Source of the DNA: the human T2T-CHM13v2.0 reference genome, Homo sapiens
Strand: one strand, 5' to 3'
DNA: 64,000 bases
Assembly: GCF_009914755.1 (NCBI RefSeq)
Contig: NC_060929.1
The notes beneath the pieces were generated by a model. That model saw nothing but the letters and a program-made list of their open reading frames with translations, was not told where the DNA came from and made no database searches. Both the position numbers and the translations under genes were made by a program. Position 1 is the stretch's first letter. Each line of letters starts with the position of its first letter. This document shows positions 12,971-24,457 of the stretch, in pieces.

Positions 12971-14136
12971 CAGATTCTGTATTTGCTATCCCCACTTACC
13001 ACTGATTATTTTATTAATGGAAAGGCTTTGTTAGAGAAGTCACAATGAAAGGGGTGGCCCTTTATAACATGTGGCCCTACTCCTGTAAACATAGCTGGTT
13101 TTACCAAGGCTTCAAAAGTGACACAAAATTCTTTCAAGTAATGTGAAAGTTGAGTCACTTAAACGTTATGCTTGAACTAAGATGTCACAATGGAAATATG
13201 AGAGAACACTTACTAGTTTCTTACTATGTGTCAGGTATATAGTTACTATGTTATCCAATTATCAACCATACTTTACAAATTTAAAAAGAGAAGGACTGAA
13301 GTAAATTAGTCAAGTCATCATAAATAATCAATAATTTATTAATTCAGTGTTTGATTTAAAAGGAAAGTTTGAATTGGATTATGTAAGCTGAAAGCTCTTG
13401 CATAGAAAATAGGAAAAAAAATGTAAATTTTATTGTTGATTGATTGGTGGCAATCTTGGACACGCTCTTTTACCCTCTCCAGCCCTTGTCTTCCACATCC
13501 GTAAAGTGAATAGATATGTTTGAGGCATGCTAAAAATTTTATGTTTTTATAATTTTATGTTAGTTTTCTATAGATTTATCAGTCAAGCTGGACTTTTCTA
13601 TATCTTCTTGGGAAATTTCTGAAATAATTTAATTTAAAAAGCTACTAGAAGTTAATATATTATCCCATCATAGAATTAAAAATTCCTAACATTGTTATTC
13701 ACACTTCCTCACTTCTTTTCCCAGGCAGGCATTGCAAATCAATCACCACACTCATTCTTGCCAAGACTGGATGAGGCCCGATTATCTCAGTGAAATCAGA
13801 AATGACAGATGAAGTAAAACTTATTTGTCAAGACATCTGCATAGTGATGTCTTGAAAAAGAAAAAAAAACCTCTAGATTTCACACGAACCATTTTGAATA
13901 CAAAGTTTGCTGTGTTGGGGCCAAAATACGCTCATTTTTTTTACAGCTCCTTGAATTCTGCCTGCCATCAACAAAATCAAGCACCATGTACTTCTTACAG
14001 CCTTTCCAGTTATCCAACCTAACACTAATACCTCTCATTTTGTTTAGTAACCAGAGGACCAGCTTCCTGGGCCTTGATTATATCAATTTGGAGCATGATT
14101 ATATAATGTCTTATAGAGTTAAACGAGTTTTTCTTA

Positions 14137-14560
14137 CATTTATTCATTCGTTATTCAACAAATATTAGCTAATTTGTTTTTATAGATGAGGCAGTGATCT
14201 AGGCACTATAAATAAAACATGAAGATGATAGACACAGATTCTACAACTGAAGTTCCTTTTTTACAGTAGATAGGCAAAAACTATAAAATGTAATTAACGG
14301 GTTATAGGAACACAGAGTAGGAGTGTCTGAGGCATGAAGGAAGTCTTCCTGGAAAACATGAATTTGAGTTCTAGAGGATGTGTAGTAATTAGAGAAATAC
14401 AGATAAAAGCAATGGGGTTCCATGATAAGGGGACATGAGGAACAAACGTCTAGAGCCAAATGAAAGGATGATAAATTAGTGAAGGAGGGAGAATTCAGCA
14501 AGTCTCAGGTACAAAGTGAAAAATGGTAAGAGATAAAGTTGAAGAACAATAGACGGATCT
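14137..14560 (-). mobile_element. L2 3' region (probably continues at ~16310-16560)
   Basis: CATTTATTCATTCGTTATTCAACAAATATT...GGAAGTCTTCCTGGAAAACATGAATTTGAG. Confidence 0.75.
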
Positions 14561-14631
14561 ATTAATAAATGTTCTTGGAAACAAATTCAACTATGGATAA
14601 CTTTTTAGAAATAAAAATAATTTAAACTGGC

Positions 14632-15559
14632 TGATATGGTTGGGCTGTGGGCTGGGCCCAGGCCCCCCTTGCTGTGTGCAGTCTAGTGACTCGGTGCTCT
14701 GCATCACTGCTGCTCTAGCAGTGGCTAAAAGGGGCCAAGGTACAGCTCAGGCCATGGCTCCAGAGGGTGCAAGCCCCAATCCTTGGCAGCTTCTACATGG
14801 TGTTGAGCCTGCAGGTGCACAGAGGTCAAGAATTGAAGTTTGGGAACCTCCACCTGGATTTCAGAGGAGGTACTGAAATGCCTGGATGTCCAGGTAGAAG
14901 TTTGCTGCAGGGATGGGGTCCTCATGGCAAACCTCTGCTAGAGCAGTGTGGAAGGGAAATGTCAAGTTGGAGTCGCCACACAGAGTCCCTACTGGGGCAC
15001 CCCCTAGTGGAGCTGTGAGAGAGGGCCACCATCCTCCAGACCCTAGAATGGTTGATCCACTGACAGCTTGCACCATGCACCTGGAAAAGCCACAGACACT
15101 CAATACCAGCCTGTGAAAGGAGCCAGAGGGAGGCTGTATCCTGCAAATCCACGTGGGCGGAGCTGTCCAAGACTATGGGAACCCGACTCTTGCATCAGTG
15201 TGACCTGGATGTGAGATATGGAGTCAAATGAGATCATTTTGGAGCTTTAAGATTTGACTGACCTGCTGGATTTCAGACTTGCATGGGGCCTGTACCCTTT
15301 TGTTTTGGCTAATTTCTCTCATTTGGAATGGGTATATTTACCCAATACCAGTACACGAATTGTAGCTAGGAAATAACTAACTTCCTTCTGATTTTACAGG
15401 CTCATAGGCGGAAGGGACTTGCCTTGTCTCAGATGAGACTTTGTACTGTGGACTCTTGAGTTAATGTTGAAATGAGTTAAGACTTTGGGGGACTGTTGGG
15501 AAGACATAATTAGTTTTTAAATGTGAGAACACGAGAGTTGAGAAGGTCCAGGGGTGGAC
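14632..15559 (+). mobile_element. THE1 5' LTR stub (~17 nt) fused to the 3' part of THE1-int
   Basis: Starts TGATATGGTTGGGCTGTG, then internal sequence (GCTAAAAGGGGCCAAGGTACAGCTCAGGCC, GAGTCCCTACTGGGGCAC, CTTGCCTTGTCTCAGATGAGACTTTG) ending at a PPT-like AGGGGTGGA. Confidence 0.9.
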
Positions 15560-15921
15560 TGATATGGTTTGGCAGTGTCTCCATCCATATCTCATCTTGA
15601 ATTGTAGCTCCCATAATTCCTACGTGTTGTGGGAGGGACCCAGTGGGAGGTAATTGAGTCATGGGGTGGGTCTTTCCCATGCTGTTCTCACGATTGTTAA
15701 TAAGTCTCATGTGATCTGATGGTTTTATAAAGGGGAGTTCTCCTGCACAGGTCCTCTTGCCTGCCACCATATTAGACTTGTCTTGCTTCCCCTTCAACCT
15801 CTGCCATGATTGTGAGGCCTCCTTAGCTATGTGGAACTGTGAGTCAATTAAATTTCCTTTCTTTATAAATTACCCAGTCTTGGGTATGTCTTTATTAGCA
15901 GCATAGGAACAGACTAATACA
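15560..15921 (+). mobile_element. THE1B 3' LTR
   Basis: TGATATGGTTTGGC...TCTCATCTTGAATTGTAGCTCCCATAATTCC...ATAAATTACCCAGTCTTGGGTATGTCTTTATTAGCAGC...GACTAATACA. Confidence 0.93.
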
Positions 15922-15999
15922 CTGGTTAAACCACATAATTGAGATAGAAGCTGTGTAGTCAGATCACAAGAAATGTAGAAACAAAGCGGTTCCCAGAGA

Positions 16000-16290
16000 T
16001 CTCAGTAGCAGAGATTCATGACATCTTCGTTAGGGCACAGTCATTGCATTGCATTGACTCAGTTCTGACCAACTTTGGTCCTTTTTGGCACTCTACTATG
16101 TATTCAATTCTTGGAAAAGATCGATTGATCTCATTTGGTTCATGTCCTCATTCTCTAGAGCAACACTGTTGTTGACAGTCCTAACAGAACACTATGAAAT
16201 GGGAGAGGTAATTTCTTCTGAAACAAATATGCGTAGGTGCACTATGTAGGCAAAAGGAGCTGCAAAGGACAAAGAGCAACAGACTCAAGA
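16000..16290 (-). mobile_element. Old MLT1 (K/L-like) LTR fragment
   Basis: GATCTCATTTGGTTCATGTCCTCA...TTGACAGTCC...AATGGGAGAGGTAATTTC; degenerate. Confidence 0.45.
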
Positions 16291-17328
16291 CATGCATACC
16301 ACATCATCATGATAAATCTGGATGCTAAACTAAAGAAAATAGCGTGACACTGGGCAATTCATACAGGAGAATGACATGAGCAGGTCTGCACTAAAGATAG
16401 ACACAATGAGATATGGATTACAGGTAGATCATCCTGAAGGCCTAAGGTTATAGAAGTGAGAGATTATGGATGGAGATCTGAATAAGATAGTAGTAGGAGG
16501 AACAGAGAGAAGAAAACTGGTTCAAGAGATATTAACCTGTAGAAGGAAAAAGGCAAGGAGAAGCCGTATGTATTAGAGCAGCTAGCACATTTTCAGGAAC
16601 AAAGCAATAACTCAGCAAATATCTATTGATATGACATAAACACAGAACCCTATGTCTTAGAAGGTGCTTAGTAAATTTTGGCATTTATAGACATTCTATG
16701 CATTACAACACCTGAATTTTTTCAAGTTGCTCTTCATTTTCTTTACATAATTCATAATAATTTCTTTAATCCCTCAATCTTCATAGTTGTATTGCCTAAT
16801 TATAAGTAAGGATGCTTGCATTTTTAGGGAAAATGCATTTGTTTCATTTGAAGAAGAATCTTTATGTTAGAATTAAATTGAACATTTAGAATAAATAGTT
16901 TCAAACATGCACCTGTTGCTTAAAATGCAAGAAGATAGAAAACCTTGGTAGGTGGACATGTAAGAGTAACTCTAATAAATCTTCCAAAATTTTACATTTG
17001 TTAATGATGATAGCCTTTACAAAGCTCAGATTTCAGCTTTTTTCTCATCTACAACTGTGACAAATACAGTATTTTTCACCCATTTTGAGAAAATAAAACA
17101 ATTTTCTTGGCACGTGGAATTTCACAGTAATTAATTGGAGATATGGATGTTAATAAGATTTGATGTAATCTAATTTGTATGAATTAAATCATTTTAGTTG
17201 TTAAGCTTGTGTAATGGCAGCCCACATTTTAGATAATTCCTTGTTTCTGGAACAAAGTAAGATGAGCAAGGAAAAAAAATATCACCAAAATGTGTAAAAC
17301 AAAACCAAAAGAAAAACATTGTAGAAAA

Positions 17329-17532
17329 AAAGGTTGCTTTAGCATACCAACCTGAGTAAGGTTTTAGGAGTTACAGATGAAAATCTATAGTCATCGTCCT
17401 ATGCACCACTGTCACAAAAGAAGAAAATGCTAAAGGTTGCTTTAGCATACCAACCTGAGTAAGTTTTTAGGAGTTACAGATGAAAATCTATAGTCATCGT
17501 CCTATGCACCACTGTCACAAAAGAAGAAAATG
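17329..17532. repeat. Tandem duplication, 2 x 101 bp separated by CT
   Basis: 17329-17429 and 17432-17532 differ at one base (GTAAGGTTTT vs GTAAGTTTTT). Confidence 0.97.
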
Positions 17533-18309
17533 AGAAAGTAGGGTAAGGGCTCAGGAGAGTTAGAATTGAAATATAAATTAAATGTAATCATGCAGTGTAT
17601 TACCACCTATGCACCTGCACAGCTCAAAAACCCATTTCAGCATAAACACAGCAACGGGCTGTTCCATCTGTAACTAGCTGACCTCAAAAGAGAAAATAAA
17701 ATGATCTATTTTCACAATTGAAGCGTACTCTTGAGTAAAGAAATGTGATTTTAAGGGCATAGTTGGCACAGTGTTGCAATTCAAACGAACTGTTCGTTTG
17801 AAAGAATATCATTGATCAATCTCCTTTTTTTTTTCTTCCTCTCCTATCCCCTTGTCTTTTTGAAAACTGGAAATATAAGATCCAAAATTTGAATTTGGAG
17901 GAATAAAACATTAAAAAAGAAATGATTCACAATTGATTGAAAACAAGTTTTCCAGTGATGATTTTAAGAACAGTGTATGTAATCATGTCCTATGCTCCAA
18001 AGTACAATTGCAATTATTTAGGCAAAAAAAAAAAAAAATCACCATTCTCCAATTACAACACCTAAATAGATTTTAATATGAACTCACACGCCTTGTGTAT
18101 ACATGGAGTTAATAACTGGTGAGCATCAAGCACTAGAGAAATGATTTCTTCCACCCTCCCAGGGAAGTTTGAGGGTCCTGAAACTTATATATTACATTAT
18201 ATAACCTATATATTACATATAATATACACACATATGTATATATACGGGTGTATATATATATATATATATATATAGTCACATACATTCTAGATATAAACAA
18301 TAAAAAAGA

Positions 18310-18645
18310 AATTGTGGTGCAAAGGAATATTATTCAGACTTAAAAGATAAGAGGATGCTTCCATTTGTGACAGTATAGATGAACCTGGAAGACATTATGC
18401 AAAGTGAAATAAACCAAACACAGAAAGAAAAATACTGCATGACTTTATTTATACATGGAATCTAAAAAATGTTAAATACATAGAAGTGGAGATAGTAGAA
18501 AAGTAGTTATCAGTGTGAGGAGGAGAAAATGGGAAGGTGTAGGTCAAGAGGTACAAATCGTAATTATGTACATGAACCTATCTGAAGATGCAATGTGCAA
18601 CAAGAGAACTAAATTTCATATTATAATATACTATATTCCAGAATA
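18310..18645 (+). mobile_element. L1MA (MA8/9-like) 3' fragment preceded by TA-rich low complexity (18186-18275)
   Basis: CCATTTGTGACAGTATAGATGAACCTGGAAGACATTATGCAAAGTGAAATAAACC...GGTCAAGAGGTACAAA. Confidence 0.85.
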
Positions 18646-18793
18646 CATGAGTCAATAATAAAAAATCAATTTATGTATATATAATATAGTAAATAATTGT
18701 GCATACCTTATACAACTACTTCAGAAATATTCTAGCTAAAAAAATCAAAATATGCTATGCTTAATAAAAGTGAAAAAAATTCTCATATATAAT

Positions 18794-19407
18794 TGTGATG
18801 GTTAATACTGAGTGTCAAGTTGATTGAGTTGAGGGATACTAAGTATTAATCCTGGGTGTGTCTGTGTGGGTGTTGCCAAAAGAGATTAACATTTGAGTCA
18901 GTGGGCTGGGGAAGGCAGATCCATCCTTAATCTGCTGGGCACAATCTAATCAACTTTCAGGAAATATAAAGCAGGCATAAAAGCCTGAAAAAGGAGAAAG
19001 ACAGGCCTAGCCTCCCAGCCTACATCTTTCTCCCATGCAGGATGCTTCCTGCCCTAGAACATTGGACTCCAAGTTCTTCAGTTTTGGGACTCAGACTGGC
19101 TCTCCTTTTTCCTCAGCTTGCAGACAGCCTATTGTGGGACCTTGTGAATTAATACTTAATAAACTCCCATATACTTATATGAGGTATATGTGATGCTGTT
19201 CCTACATTTATATAAATGTTGGATTCATTGTTAAAAGACCAGATGGGTGTACAGTCTCCTGGACTACTCTCTCTCTCTCTCTCTCCATATATATATATAT
19301 AAATATATATAATGTATATATAGAAATATATATAATATATAATAGGATATATATATATATATGTATCCTACTAGTTCTGTCCCTTTAAGAGAACTCTGAC
19401 TAATACA
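18794..19407 (+). mobile_element. MLT2A1 (HERV-L) solo LTR with expanded TA/CT tract and a foreign 75-bp insert
   Basis: TGTGATGGTTAATACTGAGTGTCAA...GAGATTAACATTTGAGTCAGTGGGCTGGG...CTTAATAAACTCCC...AGTTCTGTCCCT...GACTAATACA. Confidence 0.92.
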
Positions 19408-20676
19408 GTAACCATTTTCCACTAGTATTTAGGCAGGTAAATACAGTAACCATTTTTTGCTAGTATTACACTAGTATTTAGGCAGGTAGATTAGGATATG
19501 TACTAATTAGTAGCAACATTTAAATAAGTGCAATATTGCATTACTGAGATAAAGTACCATCATTGAAGGCATTGTTCTTTCTTTTTTTTATTTAAAAAAA
19601 AGGAAAAAGAAATATGATTGCTAGTATTCATGGGCTTTTTCAGCAAGTTTGTTATATTTCTCACATTCTTGATATGTCTGTGATATAAAATATTTCCATT
19701 CAAACTGTAGCATATATAGGTCACTCATTCATTCATTTGAACATGACTTTAAAGAGAAAGTACTCATTTAAATACTTCTTTGTCAGAAATATATCATCCT
19801 CATTGTCTTGAGAAACTGTCCTTTTACAGGTCACCTAAAAATATGAAATTCTGTTTTACATGTGTAACTGAGTAATCAGGAAAGGCTTGGAAGTGGGTTC
19901 ACTGGAGAGGTAAGTGAACACAAACCTTCTTTTGTCTTGAGAGTATCTCCCTAGTGGACTGTAACTTGGGTTCTAACAGAGCATGGTCACCGATGGCCAA
20001 TACATTCAGGTTTTGACTTCTACGACTGGAGTGTGATTGCTAGTAATTATTCAGACTCCTAATCAGTGCAAATATTTTAGCTTATTTTTCTCCAACACCA
20101 GCATGCCTACTGGTTGGTTTGACCTCATTCACTCTGATCCCTGGAAATGTTTCCCACATTGGTGGGTTCAAGTACATTTCTGCAAGCTACCTAAATTCTT
20201 AAAGCCTGCCAACGGCCTGCAGTTAAAGCATTACCACACACTAAAATGGTAAAAATAAATAATCATTCTTATATGTGGGATTTAAAGCTTCTGCAGGTGC
20301 TATATAATGCATCTCCTCTTTTAATGGCCTTGAAAATAAGGCATAGAATTGTCTGACTTTAAGACAGAAAAATCCAGGGAGGTGCTGCTGCCATCATCAT
20401 ACTGACTGACAGCCTGCTGTATTGACCACTCAGCAAAATGGGCTGAACTGACAGCAATGTGCTGGCCACAGAAAATGCTGTTCCTACATTTATATAAATG
20501 CTGGATTCATTGTTAAAAGACCAGATGGGTGTACAGGCTCCTGGACTACCCAGATATGTATTGTTTAAGGAATGACCACGTGTGTTGACTAACTATGGGA
20601 ACAGATGCAAATATTTAGGCAACAAGCCAATCGTATTGTCACACATGTACCTGCCCAAAGAGGGTTCCACATCTAG

Positions 20677-21117
<441 letters not shown>

Positions 21118-21214
21118 TAGTCCTCTGCTTCTACGTGTCTAATTTAAACTGTCACTGCCTGTGTTTGTGGTGTTTGTCCCAGCAGCATACTTGACAAGTT
21201 TCTTTTATGGGAAA

Positions 21215-21385
21215 GAGAAAGAAGAATATATTCAGAGAGAGCCATATAGAGGGCTTCAAAGTACCGGTAATTTTCCATTACTGTGCTGTGTAGTGAGCAC
21301 ACAGGAATTCATTTCACTTTTATCCTTTGAACTGAACAATAGCATAATATGTAATTTTTGGTATAAGTAATTTCCATAATATTTC
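21215..21385 (+). mobile_element. L1ME 3' end fragment
   Basis: AGAGGGCTTCAAAGTACCGGTAATTTTCCATT...CACAGGAATTCATT; degenerate. Confidence 0.5.
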
Positions 21386-21414
21386 ATATTATTTAATATA
21401 TGACAAGTCTACTC

Positions 21415-21835
21415 ATACTGTTCCCAAACAGTGTACTGAAACACACTGGGGTGTCACAGAAAATTTACATGGGTGTTGTAGGATATTATTCAATTTTTAG
21501 GTAGACACAGATATACAATTTTGCACAACTGTGAGTGTGCAAACTATCAGCCTGATGAAGAATATAGTTTCAATATTAGATTGCTACATCCCTTCAATGA
21601 TGTCATTTCTTTGGAAAGCTTGGTTTTCAGTAGTTATTGTGATAAAAGTTGGTAGTATGTAAAATCTATGTGTAACAGAAAATGAGAATAGGAATGTCCA
21701 ATCTGATTACAAAATTTGAGAACTTGTTCAGTGCTCAAGTTCACCTGGTGTTAGTACATAAATATTTAATTTATTTGAGAGAATCTACATAATAAATGAA
21801 ATACACATATATATCTTATTCATGTATATGAATAT
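21415..21835 (+). mobile_element. hAT-Charlie element (Charlie7-like), split by Tigger1; 3' piece at ~24241-24345
   Basis: TIR-like CTGTTCCCAAAC start, GCTTGGTTTTCAGTAGTT...TCCAATCTGATTACAAAATTTGAGAA; downstream piece GAAAAAATTACTGAGAC. Confidence 0.6.
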
Positions 21836-24240
21836 ATGATATACCTTGTTTTTTTGCACTTTGCTTTATTGTGCTCTGCAGATACTGTGTTTTATACAAA
21901 TTGGAGGTTTGTGACAACTTTACATCAAGCAAGGCTTTCGGGGCCATTTATCCAACAACATGAACTCACATCATATCTCTGTGTCACGTTAGGGTAATTC
22001 TGAGAAAATTTTAGACTTTTTCATTATTATTATATCTGTTGTAATGATCTATGATCTTTGATGTTACTATTGTAATTGTTTTGAAACACCACTAACCACA
22101 CCCACATAAAACAACAAACTTAATTGATAAATGTTGTGGGTGTTCTGATTGCTCCACTGATTGGTCTCTCTCTTTTTCTCCTTGGGCCTCCCTATTCCCT
22201 GAGACACAAATATACTGAAATTAAGCCAATTTATAATTCTATAATGGCCTCTAAGTGTTCAAGTGAAAGACAGTTGAACATTTGTCACTTTATACAAGAA
22301 CTAGTAATTATTACACTTAGTGAAGAAGACATATCGAAAGCTAAGATAGACCAAAAGCTGGGCCTCATGCACCAAACAGGTTGTGACTGCAAAAAAACCA
22401 AAAAAAAACGAAACAAAACAAAAAACCTTCCAGAAATGAAAGGTGCTACTCCAGTGAAAGCATAAATAATAAGAAAGTGAAACATCTTTGCTGCTGATAT
22501 GGAGAAATTTTGAATGGTCTGGATAGATCAAACCAATCTCTACATTCCCTTAAGCCAAAGCCTAATCCAGAGCAAGACCCTAACTCTCTTGAATTCTATG
22601 AAGGCTGAGAGAAGGGAGGAAGTTGTGGAATAAAAATGTAATGCTAGCAGAGGTTTGTTCGTGAGGTTTAAGGAAAGAAGGCATCTCCAGAACATAAAAG
22701 TGCAAGGTGAAGCAACAAGTATTGATGGAAAAGCTGCAACAAGTTATCTAAAGATCTAAGTAAATTAATTGATGAAGGTGGTTACAATACACAATGGAGT
22801 TTCAATAGACACAAGAGCCTGCTGTTGGAAGAAGATGCAATGAGGACTTTGGAAGCTAGAGAGACTTTAATTCCTGGCTTCAACCCTTCAAAGGACAGAG
22901 TGACTCAATCTTATTAGGGGCTAGTGCACCTGGTAACTTTAAGTTAAAACCAAGCTTATTTACCATTCTGAAAGTCATACAGCCCTTAAGAATTATGCTG
23001 AATTTACTCTGCCTTTGTTGTATAAAAGCAGTGACAAAGCTTGAATGAAAGCACATCTGTTTACAGCCCAGTATGCTGAGTACATTCAGTCCACTGTTGA
23101 GACCTACTGCTCAGAAAAGCAAAAGAGCCCTGTTAAAAATTACTGTTCATTGACAATGCACCTGATCACCCAAGAACTCTGATGGAGATGGACAAGGAGA
23201 TTAATGTTTACATGCCTGCTAATATGCCATCCATTCTACAGCCCATGGACCAAGCAGTGATCTTGACTTTCAAGTTTTATTATTCAAGAAATACATTTCA
23301 CAAGGCTACTGCTGCCATAGATAGCAAGTTGCCTGATGGATCTGGGAAAAATAAAATGAAAACCTTCTGGAAAGGATTCACCATTCTAGAGGCCATTAAG
23401 AACATTTGTGATTCATAGGAGGAGGTCAAAATAGCAATATTAACAAAAGGTTGTAAGAAGTTGATTTCAACCCTAATGCATGACTCAGAGGGGTCCAAGA
23501 CTTCAGTGGAGAAAGTCATTACATATGTGGTGAAAACCGCAAGAAAACTAGAAGTAGAAGTGGACCATGAAGACATAAGTGAATGGCTGCAATCTCATGA
23601 TAACACTCGAATGAATGAGGAGTTGCTTCTTATGAATTAAAATAGAAAGTGGTTTCTTGAGGTGGTATCTACCTTGTGGTATCTACTCCTGCCGAAGATG
23701 CTGTTGTTGAAATAACAAAAAAAAATTAGAATTACATAAACGTAGTTGATAAAGCAGCAGCAGGGGTTTGAGAGAATAGACTCCCATTTTAAAGATGTTC
23801 AATTGTGGGTAAAATGCTATCAAAGAGTATCACCTGCTAATGATATTTTTTTGTGGGTGTGAATGTGTCAATTAATGTAACAAATTTTACTGCTGTCTTA
23901 TTTAAAGAATTTGCCACAGCTAACCCAGCCTTCAGCCACCACCACCCTGATCAGTCAGTTTCCAACAACATCGAGGCAATACCTTCCACCAACAAAAATA
24001 TTGTAACTCACTGAAAGCTCAGATGATTGTTAACATTGTTTAGCAATAAAGTATTTTTAATTAAGGTATGTACATTGTTGTTTTAGACATAATGCTATAA
24101 CACATTTAATAGACAGCAGTGTAGCATAAACACAATTTTATATGCACTGGGATACAAAAAAATTATTACTCACTTTATTGCAATATTCACTTCATTGCAG
24201 TGGTCTGGAAGCGTATCTGAATATCTCAAAGGTATGCCTT
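21836..24240 (+). mobile_element. Tigger1 (TcMar-Tigger), full length ~2.4 kb
   Basis: Left end ATACCTTGTTTTTTTGCACTTTGCTTTATTG, right end AATATCTCAAAGGTATGCCT, flanking TA; collinear transposase remnants. Confidence 0.95.
23182..23418 (+). pseudogene. Tigger1 transposase DDE-domain remnant
   Basis: [29 protein letters not shown] matches the pogo/CENP-B DDE motif PxNTTSxLQPMDQGVI; flanked by stops and frameshifts. Confidence 0.88.
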
Positions 24241-24457
24241 TATTTTACTTATATATATGTGTATATGTGCACACACACAAACACACACATTTTTTGCTTA
24301 AGAGTGCTCTGAAAAAATTACTGAGACCCTAAAGATGCCTTCAATCCCTGGTATACTCTACTATAGGCACCATTTTATATTATGTAAATACAGAGATCTT
24401 GAATACTAGCGGGGATAAAAAAAGAAATAACCCATATAAACAAATATACAAAAAACT

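Noticed and set aside
10711-13810. Exact 14-mer CAGAAATGACAGAT at 10711 and 13797
   Set aside because: Several 14-mer matches are expected by chance among ~2e9 position pairs (4^14 is ~2.7e8), and there is no flanking homology.
13828-13870. Hairpin plus A-run as an intrinsic terminator
   Set aside because: The context is eukaryotic, and the A/T run lies on the wrong side for a U-tract after the stem on either strand.
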